Origin: Candidatus Cloacimonadales bacterium
Lineage (GTDB): Bacteria > Cloacimonadota > Cloacimonadia > Cloacimonadales > JAFGVF01
Direction: 5' to 3'
Assembly (NCBI GenBank): GCA_963667035.1
Contig: OY762964.1
Coordinates: 288,001 to 352,000, forward strand
Length of the DNA: 64,000 nucleotides
The position numbers and the translations under genes were made by a program. Below the pieces are notes generated by a model that was not told the DNA's origin, searched no databases, and worked only from the letters and a program-made list of their open reading frames with translations. Positions 26,197 to 36,159 of the stretch are shown piece by piece. How positions within the stretch are numbered: the first letter of the stretch is position 1; the number at the start of each line of letters is the position of its first letter.

Positions 26197-29100
26197 CTAT
26201 TCATCAAAAACCAAGTTGAAGTTTAAGCTAATATCATTTAAAGTGTCAATAATATTCTTTGTAAGGTCTATCTTCAAATTCTTAGGTGTCAACTCTAATA
26301 TACCAAAATCCTTAGTAGTTGTTTCAATAACGAAATTGAATTTACCAAGCTCATTGTGTAACTTTACTAACTCATCGGCAAAAATTCCATTAAGCTTGTA
26401 ACTCTCTACCTTGAGCATAATCTTACCGCTATTGGAGGTTAAGACTTCATCTATAGGCACAATCTGTTTAGGTTTTATCTTAAGGAGCTTTTCTCCTTCA
26501 AATGATGAATTGAAACCTTTTACGAAAAGAATATCACCAATGCTGATTTTGTCGAAGAAGAGATCAAAGTCTTTACCGAATAAGGATACTTCAAACTTTC
26601 CGTGCATGTCTTCCAGAGCAACAATACCAAAGATGTTACCCTTTCTTGATTTCTTACGTTGACATGAAGATACAATACCTACGATTCTTATTGTATTAGG
26701 GACATGCCCTTCACTAATGGTATTGGAATATGTGTTGGAAAAGTGTTTAATAATGTACTCATACTCAAAAAGTGGATGTCCCGAAAGATAGAATCCAAGA
26801 ACGTTTTTTTCATTCTCAAGTCTATCCATATAACTCCATTCCTCTCTTTGTTCAAGTTCGGGGAAGTAATCATTTTCATCATCGTCATCTTCTCCCAGCA
26901 TATCGAACAAAGTAATCTGTCCGCCTCTTTTGTCTTTCATTGCTTGAGCAGAGTAGTTAACAGCCATTTCAACAGAAGCGAAGTGGGATGCTCTGTTACC
27001 TTCGAATGAATCCAAAGCTCCGGCTGAGATTAAGCTCTCTAAAACGGTTTTGTTTACTGAAGATGAATCACATCTACCCATAAGGTCAAACATGCATTTA
27101 TATGGACCTTTTTCATCCCTCTCGGCAATAATAGCTCTTATGGCAGCAGAACCTACATTCTTAATTCCTTTGAATCCAAAGAGTATTTTGTTGTCTTTAA
27201 CACTAAAATCCCTTTCTGATAAGTTTATATGAGGAGTAATCACTTCAATCTTCATTTTTCTGCATTCTTCCAGGAACTTGGTAATATCCTCGGGATTCTC
27301 AGACATTGAGAGGTTAGCAGCCATGAATTCAACGGGATAATGTGCTTTTAGATAGGCTGTCTGATATGCTACATAAGCGTAGCAAGCAGCATGAGATTTA
27401 TTGAAAGCATAGTTTGCAAAGGTTTTCCAGTCTTCCCAAACTTTATCGATTATCTTTCTTTCAATTCCGTTTTCTGTACAGCCTTTTAAGAATAGGTTGT
27501 ACATATCCGCTAGCATCTTGGCTTTCTTTTTTGAAATAGCTTTTCTCAAAGTCCCGGCTTCTGCACTGGAGAAGTTTGCCATTATTTTAGAGAGTTGCAT
27601 CACCTGCTCTTGATAGACTGTAACCCCGTAAGTCTCCTTTAAAACTTCTTCCATAGAAGGATGCTCGTAAGTAATGGGTTCCTGTCCGTATTTACGCTTA
27701 ATGAAGGAGGGAATATTATCCATAGGACCTGGACGGTAAAGTGCAACCATAGCTATCAAGTCTTCGAACACATTAGGTTTTAACTCTCTGAGGTATCTTT
27801 GCATACCTTTAGATTCATACTGGAATACACCTCCGGTATGTCCTTCGGAAAGTAAGTCATAAGTGTCTTTATCTTCTAGAGAGATGTTATTTATATCAAT
27901 ATCTATTCCACGGTCTGCTTTGAGCATTTTTAGGGCTTTATCAATTACAGTAAGTGTCTTTAAACCGAGAAAATCCATCTTCAGCATTTTTAAATCATCA
28001 AGCCATTTACCTTCATATTGAACTAGAATGCTCTTCTCTCCGTCTTTCTGTTGTGATACAGCTAAAGGTACGAAATTACTTAAATCATCAGGACCAATAA
28101 CAACACCGGCAGCATGTATACCTGTTTGTCTGACTAATCCCTCAAGAACCATACCATGTCTAAGAATACTCCTGTAAAGATCATTACTTTCCATAAGGTT
28201 CTTGAATTCCGGTGATTTCTCAAGAGCTTTCTCTAAAGTAACTTTTGGACCATCAGGTATTAGCTTTGTCATCTGATTAGCATCAGCAACGCTAACTTCT
28301 AAAGCTCTTGCAATGTCTTTTATGACAGACTTGGCTTTTAGTGTTCCGAATGTGATGATTTGAGAAACACTTTTACGTCCGTATTTTTGTACAACGTAAT
28401 CAATAATTTTAGCTCTGCCTTCAGCACAGAAATCGATATCAATATCAGGCATTCCGACTCGCTTAAGATCAAGGAATCTTTCAAACAACAGCCCGTATTT
28501 AAGGGGTTCAAGACGGGTAATATCAAGACAATATGCAACAATAGAGCCGGCTGCAGAACCTCTTCCCGGACCTACTGGTACATCTTGAGCTCTGGCAGCA
28601 TCAATGAAGTCTTTAACCACCAAGAAATATGCATTATAGCCCATTTTACTAATAATACCAAGCTCAAAGTCTATTCTATCCGTGACTTCTTGAGTTAGCT
28701 TTTCATATCTTTCTTTAGCACCTTCATATACAAGATGTCTTATATAATCATCGGTATTGTCATTGAATTGAGCGGGAACATCTGTTTTAGGGAATAAAAA
28801 CTTATCGTATTTAAGCTCTAGTTGAATTTTGTCAGCAATCTTTACAGTATTATCATAAGCTTCAGGAACATTCGGAAACAATTTACGCATTTCATCTTCA
28901 TTCTTGAAATATAGCTCTGTAGTTTCGTATTTAAGCCTGTTTACATCATTAACTGTTTTAGATTCTTGCATGGCGAGCATCACATCGTGTGATTCCCAGT
29001 CTTCTTTATCAATATAGTGACAGTCGTTGGTCACAACCATTGGAGTATTAGTTTTTTTAGCCAGTTCTATCAATTGTGGCATAACTTTCTTTTCTTCAGA

Positions 29101-29631
29101 AAGACCATGGGCTTGTAGCTCAATATAAAAGTCATCTCCAAACATATCCTTGTAATCACTGATATATGCTTCGGCTTGCTCAACATTACCTTGTAAGATT
29201 GAGTAAGGTACGTCTCCTTGAATACATGCCGTTAAACAAACAATTCCATCTGCATGTTCTCTAAGTGTCTTCTTATCAATTCTAGGTTTATAGTAAAAAC
29301 CGTCTGTGAAGGAGTAAGAGGATAACTTGATGAGATTCTGATAGCCTGTTTGGTTTTTCGCCAGTAAGATGATGTGATGACGCTTAAGCTTTTTAGATGC
29401 TTCCTCATTTACGTCACCGTTTATTATATATGCTTCCAGACCGATAATTGGCTTAATATCATTATTAATACAGGTATTATAAAAATCTATAGTTCCATAC
29501 ATATTACCATGATCAGTCATAGCAACGGCAGGCATTCCGAGTTCTTTAGCTTTTTTGACGATTCTATCAACACGACAAGCACCGTCTAATAGGGAGTATT
29601 GCGTATGATTGTGCAAATGAACAAAGGACAT
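26197..29631 (-). CDS. dnaE: DNA polymerase III alpha subunit
   Basis: PHP motif HLHNHTQYSLLDG, GPGRGSAAGS, MPDIDIDF, YAFNKSHAACY and a C-terminal OB fold. Confidence 0.98.
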   Translation of the reverse strand: MSFVHLHNHTQYSLLDGACRVDRIVKKAKELGMPAVAMTDHGNMYGTIDFYNTCINNDIKPIIGLEAYIINGDVNEEASKKLKRHHIILLAKNQTGYQNLIKLSSYSFTDGFYYKPRIDKKTLREHADGIVCLTACIQGDVPYSILQGNVEQAEAYISDYKDMFGDDFYIELQAHGLSEEKKVMPQLIELAKKTNTPMVVTNDCHYIDKEDWESHDVMLAMQESKTVNDVNRLKYETTELYFKNEDEMRKLFPNVPEAYDNTVKIADKIQLELKYDKFLFPKTDVPAQFNDNTDDYIRHLVYEGAKERYEKLTQEVTDRIDFELGIISKMGYNAYFLVVKDFIDAARAQDVPVGPGRGSAAGSIVAYCLDITRLEPLKYGLLFERFLDLKRVGMPDIDIDFCAEGRAKIIDYVVQKYGRKSVSQIITFGTLKAKSVIKDIARALEVSVADANQMTKLIPDGPKVTLEKALEKSPEFKNLMESNDLYRSILRHGMVLEGLVRQTGIHAAGVVIGPDDLSNFVPLAVSQQKDGEKSILVQYEGKWLDDLKMLKMDFLGLKTLTVIDKALKMLKADRGIDIDINNISLEDKDTYDLLSEGHTGGVFQYESKGMQRYLRELKPNVFEDLIAMVALYRPGPMDNIPSFIKRKYGQEPITYEHPSMEEVLKETYGVTVYQEQVMQLSKIMANFSSAEAGTLRKAISKKKAKMLADMYNLFLKGCTENGIERKIIDKVWEDWKTFANYAFNKSHAACYAYVAYQTAYLKAHYPVEFMAANLSMSENPEDITKFLEECRKMKIEVITPHINLSERDFSVKDNKILFGFKGIKNVGSAAIRAIIAERDEKGPYKCMFDLMGRCDSSSVNKTVLESLISAGALDSFEGNRASHFASVEMAVNYSAQAMKDKRGGQITLFDMLGEDDDDENDYFPELEQREEWSYMDRLENEKNVLGFYLSGHPLFEYEYIIKHFSNTYSNTISEGHVPNTIRIVGIVSSCQRKKSRKGNIFGIVALEDMHGKFEVSLFGKDFDLFFDKISIGDILFVKGFNSSFEGEKLLKIKPKQIVPIDEVLTSNSGKIMLKVESYKLNGIFADELVKLHNELGKFNFVIETTTKDFGILELTPKNLKIDLTKNIIDTLNDISLNFNLVFDE

Positions 29632-29796
29632 TAATTAACTCCAAATGATATTTTTTATACTTAATGTACTTGTCCCGATTATTGTCAAACTCTTTACAAG
29701 ATTTTCTGAGATAGGGGAGACTTAATATTAATAATGCTTTATCATAGAGTAATTTATCTTATGAGAAACAAAAAAGCCTGTTACTTGTAACAGGCT

Positions 29797-31458
29797 CAGA
29801 CTGTTGACAAAGCTATGAGTAAGATTTCATAGCTTTGTCTTTTTTTAGCTTAAAATAAGAACATCAATCATTGACAAAAACCCCCTTAGTTTATACTTAA
29901 ACCATCATAATTAGAGGTGGTTATGCTTAAAAAAGTTTCTGACACACAGTCCCAAATGGAATTTGTAATAATAGATGATCTTGTCCCGGAAGATCATATT
30001 CTACGCAAGATTGACAGGGTAATAGATTTTAGTTTTATTATGGACCGAACTGCTCATTTGTATTGCCCCGACAACGGTCGTCCCCCAGTGCATCCCATAA
30101 CTTTCTTCAAAATGCTTTTTATTGGTTATCTATTTGGTATCCGTTCTGAGCGACAACTAATCAGAGAGATTCAGGTCAATGTAGCATATCGCTGGTTCTT
30201 AGGGTATGGGCTTACTGATAAAATACCGAGTCATTCTCTCTTCAGCCAGAATCGTCGCAGACGCTTTACTGATAGCACTGTTTTTGAAGAGATTTTCATT
30301 GATATTGTAAAACTTGGTATCGAGAATGGTTTGGTAGATGGCAAGGTTCTTTATAGCGATTCAACTCATCTGAAAGCTAATGCTAATAAAGGCAAATATG
30401 AATCAATTAAAGTAGAGACCACACCTCAGAGTTATCTTGAAGATCTAAATAAAACAGTGGATGAAAACCGAAAAGCTCACGGTAAGAAGCCACTCCCACC
30501 TAAAGACAATGACTTTAAAGGCGGTTCGTCACCCAAAGTTAAAGAGATTAAGTCTAGTAAAACAGATCCTGACAGTGGTTTCATGACGCGAGACAAGAAA
30601 CCACAAGGTTTCTTCTATCTTGATCATAGAACCGTAGATCCTAAAGTAAACTTCATAACAGATGTTCATATTACCGCCGGCAATGTGAATGACAGTTCTT
30701 GCTATATTGATAGGCTAAAAGTGCAGCAAGAGCGTTTTGGTTTTGATGTCCTGGCAGTAGGTCTTGATGCCGGGTATGATACAGCTAATATATGCAAAGA
30801 ATTAGTAGATATGGGAATCATGGGAGTAATAGGTTATCGTCGACTTGGAGGTAAAAAAGGTCTTTTCAAGAAGCGTGATTTTAAGTTCATTTCAGATAGA
30901 GACATATACATCTGTCCAGAAGGGAAAGAGCTTAAATATCGAACAACAAACCGTAACGGTTATGATGAATATGCATCCGAGAGTAGCTATTGTAAAAACT
31001 GTCCAATGCTTAACAAATGCACCGAGAGCAAGAACCATCAAAAAGTTATCATGCGTCATGTATGGGAAGACAGTAGAGAGATTATCCATAAAAACAGGTT
31101 AACCTTTTGTGGCAAAGAGATATACAAAAAACGAAAAGAAACCATTGAGAGAAGCTTTGCAAATGCAAAGCAACTTCATGGTTATCGGTATGCGAAATAT
31201 CGAGGTATAGAACGAGTTCGAGAACAAGCATATATGACATCAGTAGTTCAAAACATAAAGAAACTGGTTAAATACCTTTTCAATGGCATATCAGGGAAAG
31301 TGGCATCAATGTTATTAGCTTTTTATGTTAATATATGCTCTGGTTTAGACGAATATAGAGCTAAATCTCATTATCCTGATATTGTACTCAACTAATCAGA
31401 AATAAACTTACAATGTAAAAACCCAGTCATTTTCATAACTGGGTTTGTAAACGGTCTG
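29797..31458 (+). mobile_element. IS1182 family insertion sequence, apparently intact
   Basis: Terminal IRs CAGACTGTTGACAAA and TTTGTAAACGGTCTG (13/15), flanked by identical 22-bp repeats AGCCTGTTACTTGTAACAGGCT at 29775-29796 and 31459-31480. Confidence 0.92.
29923..31395 (+). CDS. IS1182 family DDE transposase
   Basis: LVPEDHILRKID, GRP, GIRSERQL, DSTHLKANA, DAGY, CPEG..C..C..C and RKETIERSFA motifs. Confidence 0.95.
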   Translation: MLKKVSDTQSQMEFVIIDDLVPEDHILRKIDRVIDFSFIMDRTAHLYCPDNGRPPVHPITFFKMLFIGYLFGIRSERQLIREIQVNVAYRWFLGYGLTDKIPSHSLFSQNRRRRFTDSTVFEEIFIDIVKLGIENGLVDGKVLYSDSTHLKANANKGKYESIKVETTPQSYLEDLNKTVDENRKAHGKKPLPPKDNDFKGGSSPKVKEIKSSKTDPDSGFMTRDKKPQGFFYLDHRTVDPKVNFITDVHITAGNVNDSSCYIDRLKVQQERFGFDVLAVGLDAGYDTANICKELVDMGIMGVIGYRRLGGKKGLFKKRDFKFISDRDIYICPEGKELKYRTTNRNGYDEYASESSYCKNCPMLNKCTESKNHQKVIMRHVWEDSREIIHKNRLTFCGKEIYKKRKETIERSFANAKQLHGYRYAKYRGIERVREQAYMTSVVQNIKKLVKYLFNGISGKVASMLLAFYVNICSGLDEYRAKSHYPDIVLN

Positions 31459-31504
31459 AGCCTGTTACTTGTAACAGGCTTTTAACACTTATATGATGTG
31501 ACTA

Positions 31505-33307
31505 TTATTTAAAACCGAAAGCTTCTCTGTTATCAATGATTTTCGCATTGTCACGAAGCCCTCTCCACCAGTCACCGTAATACTTATTCTGTTCTCTTTC
31601 AAGAGTAGTTTTAAGAAGTTCATCTTTTTCTGCTTCAAACTTGTCCATATCAGGTTTTGTATGTTTGTTAACTTCAGCTAAATAAACGCCTTTGTCAGTT
31701 TTAACAACATTAGTCCATTGACCTTCTTCGGTTAAAAGCATTGCATCATTAAGCTCTTTTACCATTCCAAGACCTGTAATAGAAGCTTTCACATTAATAT
31801 CTTCAGCATCAGCAAGCTTAAGATTCATTTCTTTAGCTTTAACTAAATATTGATCAGGTTGGTTATCTTTAACAAACTTCAAAGCTTCTTCATAAGCTAA
31901 CTCAAGTTTCTTCTCACGTTTAAGTCTGTTCTCAATTCCGCCCTTAGCTTTTTCAAGCTCTTGGTAATGCTGACCTTTACGCTCGGATACTACATAAACA
32001 TAGTAGAATTTCTCATTATTATCTGTATAAACTTCAGATACTTTACCGACTTTCTGATGCTTAATAAAATCTATCACTTCTTCATTGTTACCAATACCGG
32101 GAACGTAAGTTGAGTTTTCTCTGATTTCTGATGTTTCTCTTGATTCGAAACCCCTTGCTTCAGCTTCTTTGTCAAAGTTCTCGATATTTGCAATTTCTGC
32201 GAAGTTATTAACTGCATCAATCTGTTTCTGTTTTGAATCTTCACCGGCTTCAACTTTGAGAAGAATATGACGAGCCCAAACTTCATCTTTTCCCTTATCA
32301 TCTTTTCTGTCGCCAAGCTTCTGAATAATGTGCCAACCGAATTTAGTTTTAACAGGTTCAGAAATCTCATCTTTCTTTAAAGCAAAAGCAACATCTTCAA
32401 ATTCTTTAACCATTCTACGACGTCCAAAATAACCTAAGTCTCCACCCTTATCCTTATTGGAATCATCTTGGGAAAATTCTTTAGCCATTTCAGCAAAGTC
32501 AGCACCGTCTTTAATTTTTTTGTAAAGCTCATCGGCTTTATCTTTAATAACTTTATAATCAGCATCTGTTGGAGCTGTAATGTCAACTCTTACATACTTT
32601 GCTTTTGAATATGGTTCTCTCTTGAACTCTTCTTTATTGTCATCATAATATGATTTGATTTCTTCGTCTGAAATTGTAATATCTTTGATATCCATAGAGT
32701 TAAAATCAATTACTTTTCCTGAAACTCTTGTGTTATCTTCAATATAGTCAGCTTTAACGCTATCTTCTGTTACAACAACTTCATTCTTGATTTTCTCTTC
32801 TAAGATTGAGTAAGGAAGAGTTTCGTTCATATATGCTTCAATACTTGCACCGAACTGTGGGTTGTCAGCTAACATAGAAGCAAGCTTGTTGTAGTCATAA
32901 ACACCATCAGTTTGTGCTTGTGGTAAAGATTTAATATCCTCAGGAGGATCGTTTTTAAGTCTGTCGATGATAATATCTTTATCAATCTTAATATTGCTCT
33001 TCTTCAATTCTTTGCTAAGAAGAATACGAGCCATAAATCTTTCCCATGTTTGATTCATGAGACGTTTTTCAGTCGCTTCATCTAACTCTTTGTCTTTGTT
33101 TGCTTCCTGAGAAGCCCATGCCTGAACTTCGGCACGATAGTTATCAACAAACTCTTTTCTCTCAATCTTTACACCATTGATTTTACCTACATAACCGGGT
33201 CGTCCGTTAAACAAACCTGTTATACCTCCAACTGCCATACCTACAATAAATACAAAAACAATAACGTAAATTACTACTTTCTGTTTCTCACGAAATTTCT
33301 CAAGCAT
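31505..33307 (-). CDS. PpiD/SurA-like membrane-anchored periplasmic peptidyl-prolyl isomerase
   Basis: MLEKFR plus N-terminal TM, SurA-N-like region, and parvulin motifs FAEMAKEFSQD..GGDLG...PVKTKFGWHII, ARHIL. Confidence 0.88.
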   Translation of the reverse strand: MLEKFREKQKVVIYVIVFVFIVGMAVGGITGLFNGRPGYVGKINGVKIERKEFVDNYRAEVQAWASQEANKDKELDEATEKRLMNQTWERFMARILLSKELKKSNIKIDKDIIIDRLKNDPPEDIKSLPQAQTDGVYDYNKLASMLADNPQFGASIEAYMNETLPYSILEEKIKNEVVVTEDSVKADYIEDNTRVSGKVIDFNSMDIKDITISDEEIKSYYDDNKEEFKREPYSKAKYVRVDITAPTDADYKVIKDKADELYKKIKDGADFAEMAKEFSQDDSNKDKGGDLGYFGRRRMVKEFEDVAFALKKDEISEPVKTKFGWHIIQKLGDRKDDKGKDEVWARHILLKVEAGEDSKQKQIDAVNNFAEIANIENFDKEAEARGFESRETSEIRENSTYVPGIGNNEEVIDFIKHQKVGKVSEVYTDNNEKFYYVYVVSERKGQHYQELEKAKGGIENRLKREKKLELAYEEALKFVKDNQPDQYLVKAKEMNLKLADAEDINVKASITGLGMVKELNDAMLLTEEGQWTNVVKTDKGVYLAEVNKHTKPDMDKFEAEKDELLKTTLEREQNKYYGDWWRGLRDNAKIIDNREAFGFK

Positions 33308-33500
33308 ATATATTCCTCCAGCTTAATATCATTTTAGCATTACCAAATGCAATAACAAAAAAGAACTCTTTTTGTTCAAGTAATTTTTTCAGAATGTTGA
33401 TTTTATATGGATGTGATAATTTATAATCTCTTAAGGAGTTTCTGTTAATGGGGGCGGGAGTAATCCGACAGATGTGTAAAAATTGGAGCTTTTTACTCTC

Positions 33501-33665
33501 TCTATTTTCATTCCTTTAGCAATCCCACCAACTACGTATTTTTTTCAAGATTTTCTCTCATTTTTCTCCGGTTTCTCTCCCGTTGCGAGCAACGGGAGAC
33601 CAACGGGAGAGCAACGGGAGAGCAACGGGAGACTAACCCGAAAGAAACCCGTGGTTGGTGGACGC
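33501..33665. repeat. 11-bp tandem repeat module (4 x CAACGGGAGAS) within inverted repeats
   Basis: Units at 33590, 33601, 33612 and 33623; hairpin TCTCCCGTTGC-GA-GCAACGGGAGA; outer IR at 33525-33536 and 33650-33661. A homologous copy lies at 58323-58487. Confidence 0.9.
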
Positions 33666-33763
33666 CTAAAAGGAGTCATTCAAGAAATGAAAATAAGATA
33701 AAATAGGAGATAAATAGGAAGGAAATGGGAGTCGAAAACCAGAGCAAATATGTGTCTTTACAA

Positions 33764-34606
33764 CGTCCTAAATAAAGTAGACACATATATAACTGAGAGA
33801 AATTAAAGGTTTACAGAAAATGAAACAGAAAACAGCATTATGCTATAGTGAAGTATTTAAACGCAAAGTAGTTAAAGAAATTGAAGATGGAGTCCTAACT
33901 ATCTCCCAAGCAAGAACTATTTACAACATAGGTGGCTCCTCAACTTTGAAACGTTGGATTAATGAATACGGAATAAATGATTGCATGGGAAGGACGGTAC
34001 ACTTGGATGCAGCCGAAAAGCTACTACAAAGAGAAGAAAGCCTTAGAGCAAAAGATAGATTTTGAAGAGAAGGTAATCTCTAAAGTTATGGTTATACGTT
34101 CAGTAATTCCAGAGACCGGAGGTCGTAAATTACAGGAGCATCTTCCTGATCCTGAATATGGAGTTCCAATCACAGTTGGACGCGATAAGCTTTTTGATAT
34201 ACTCAGAGCTCAAGGTTTGTTGTTTAAACATAAGCCTCGTAAGGTATATACATCTGTCTCTGACCCGGATCATCAAGTATATCTAAATTTATTAGAGAAT
34301 CTGACAGTAACTCGACCTAATCAGGTTTGGGTAACAGATATAACCTATTTGCAGTTAGTAAATGGTAAGCATTGCTATCTATCAATAATGATTGATTACT
34401 ACAGTCGTAAGATTGTGGGTTTTACAGTACAGAAAGACATGACGGCAGAAAGTACACTTGCAACCTTCAATAAAGCTTATAAGAGTATCAAGCCTGCACC
34501 CGGCTTGATACACCACTCTGATAAAGGTTCTCAATACACTTCAGGAGTCTATACTAATCGATTGCAAGAGTGTGGAGTAGATATAAGCATGACCGGTCCT
34601 AACAAA
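33764..34606 (+). mobile_element. IS3 family element remnant (internally deleted, 3' truncated)
   Basis: OrfA HTH (YSEVFKRKVVKEI...TLKRW) and OrfB rve (RPNQVWVTDITYL, HHSDKGSQY). Similarity stops at SMTGPNK, before the catalytic Glu region; no right IR seen. Confidence 0.85.
33820..34606 (+). pseudogene. IS3 orfA/orfB transposase pseudogene
   Basis: OrfA appears to lack its C-terminal helix. OrfB is in the +1 rather than the usual -1 frame and lacks the DNAxxE segment. Confidence 0.8.
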
Positions 34607-34626
34607 TCAAAGACCATAAAATTCGT

Positions 34627-34663
34627 AAAAGAAAAACCCCAAGTTTATTTCGAAACTTGGGGT
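34627..34663 (-). terminator. intrinsic terminator of the glpK-esterase-pepA unit
   Basis: ACCCCAAGTTT-6 nt-AAACTTGGGGT, 11-bp stem with a U-tract on the minus strand. Confidence 0.8.
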
Positions 34664-34691
34664 AAACTGATTTATCGTTCTTATGCTTTAT

Positions 34692-36146
34692 TTATTCAGC
34701 TAAGTTCTCTATTAGAGCAGTAATTAGTCTAACTCCCCAGCCGGTAGCACCGGATGGAGTATACCCTTTATCTTTTGCACTTAAAGCAAGTCCCGCCATA
34801 TCAACATGGAGCCAAGGCTTGCCCTGTACGAATTCTTCAATAAACATTCCTGCAGTTATAGTCCCCGCTTCTCTGCCACCAACATTTTTAATGTCAGCAA
34901 TGTTAGATTTGAGAAGATCTTTGTATTCTTCAAAGTTTGGGAGAGGCCATATTTTTTCACCTGTAATGTCTGAAGCAGCATCAAGAGCTTCCAGAAGACC
35001 TTCATCATTAGTTACAACAGCCGAAGCAACTGTTCCTAAGCAAACCACTTGTGCTCCTGTAAGAGTAGCTATATCGAGAAGTCCGTAAACATTTTCTTTT
35101 TCAATTGCATAGTGAATAGCATCTACAAGAGTTAATCTTCCTTCAGCATCGGTATTAATAACTTCAATGGTTTTGCCGGCCATTGAACCGATTATATCTC
35201 CGGTACGATAGGCATCTCCTGAAATCATATTTTCACAAGTTGCAATTATAGCGGTCACATTAACTTTTGGTCTGAGCTGTCCGATGGCACACATAGCACC
35301 AATAACAGCTGCAGAACCACCCATATCAGCTTTCATTGTTACCATTCCGTCTGCTGTTTTTATGCAATATCCGCCACTATCGTAAGTTAATCCCTTACCG
35401 ATAAGACCAAATGTTTTGTCAGTATCAGGGTCACCTTTATATCTCATGATAATAAGTTTTGGTTCTTCTGTAGCACCTTTAGCAACTGACCAGAAAGCAT
35501 CCATTTTATTGGCATGAATATATTCTTTACTATGAACCTCAACATGTAATCCTGATTCAGTACCCATTTCGTGAGCTCTTCTTGCTAATTCAGTCGGAGT
35601 AACAACATTTGCAGGTTCATTAACCAGGTCTCTGGCAAAGTTGGTTGTTTTACCAAGAATTTGACCTTCATAGATTCCATCTTCCATATCAAGATTAGTC
35701 TCACTTAAGAGATATATTATTTTTAAATTGCTATCATTTTTCTTTTCCTGGAACTTGTCGAATTTATAAAGTGCCAATTCAACAGCTTCTCCGATAACTC
35801 TACCGAATAATTTGTAGTCGTCTGTGTGTGGGTACTGAGCAATTATGCATTCATCCACAGGCTTAAACTTGGCAATTGCCTTAATGCTGGTAGCAATTGC
35901 ATTCCTAAGAATGTCCGGTCCGTATTTATCTTCTTTTCCAAGTCCCACAAATATAGTGTCAATTCTACCCTTATCGATTCTATCTATAAAAGTGTAACTC
36001 TGACCTTTCTTAAAATTGAATTCGGAAGCTATCAATTCTTGCTTTTGAGCTTCAGTAACCCATTCCGGATAACCTTCTTGTTCGAAATCAAGTTTAAGAT
36101 ATACCTTCGCTGTATCAGGTATCCGGGAGATTAGTTTAATATTCAT
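34692..36146 (-). CDS. pepA: leucyl aminopeptidase (M17)
   Basis: GKGLTYDSGG, MKADMGG, NTDAEGRL and DIATLTGA motifs. Confidence 0.95.
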   Translation of the reverse strand: MNIKLISRIPDTAKVYLKLDFEQEGYPEWVTEAQKQELIASEFNFKKGQSYTFIDRIDKGRIDTIFVGLGKEDKYGPDILRNAIATSIKAIAKFKPVDECIIAQYPHTDDYKLFGRVIGEAVELALYKFDKFQEKKNDSNLKIIYLLSETNLDMEDGIYEGQILGKTTNFARDLVNEPANVVTPTELARRAHEMGTESGLHVEVHSKEYIHANKMDAFWSVAKGATEEPKLIIMRYKGDPDTDKTFGLIGKGLTYDSGGYCIKTADGMVTMKADMGGSAAVIGAMCAIGQLRPKVNVTAIIATCENMISGDAYRTGDIIGSMAGKTIEVINTDAEGRLTLVDAIHYAIEKENVYGLLDIATLTGAQVVCLGTVASAVVTNDEGLLEALDAASDITGEKIWPLPNFEEYKDLLKSNIADIKNVGGREAGTITAGMFIEEFVQGKPWLHVDMAGLALSAKDKGYTPSGATGWGVRLITALIENLAE

Positions 36147-36159
36147 TATTCCTCCATCA

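Noticed and set aside
33590..33633. Possible CRISPR array (also 58412-58455 and 691-775)
   Set aside because: Units are 11 bp and directly tandem, with no unique spacers and no cas genes in the window.
33483..33701. ORFs over the repeat modules (33483-33701, 58264-58458, 58313-58534, 58329-58529)
   Set aside because: The peptides are translations of the 11-mer in different frames, and starts and frames are not conserved between the two copies.
33977..34065. Programmed -1 frameshift joining IS3 orfA and orfB
   Set aside because: orfB is in the +1 frame, no clear slippery heptamer is present, and both ORFs look deleted at the junction.
34607..34723. C-terminus of the 248-aa IS3 ORF
   Set aside because: It is read-through into host DNA covering the pepA terminator and the antisense of the pepA 3' end.
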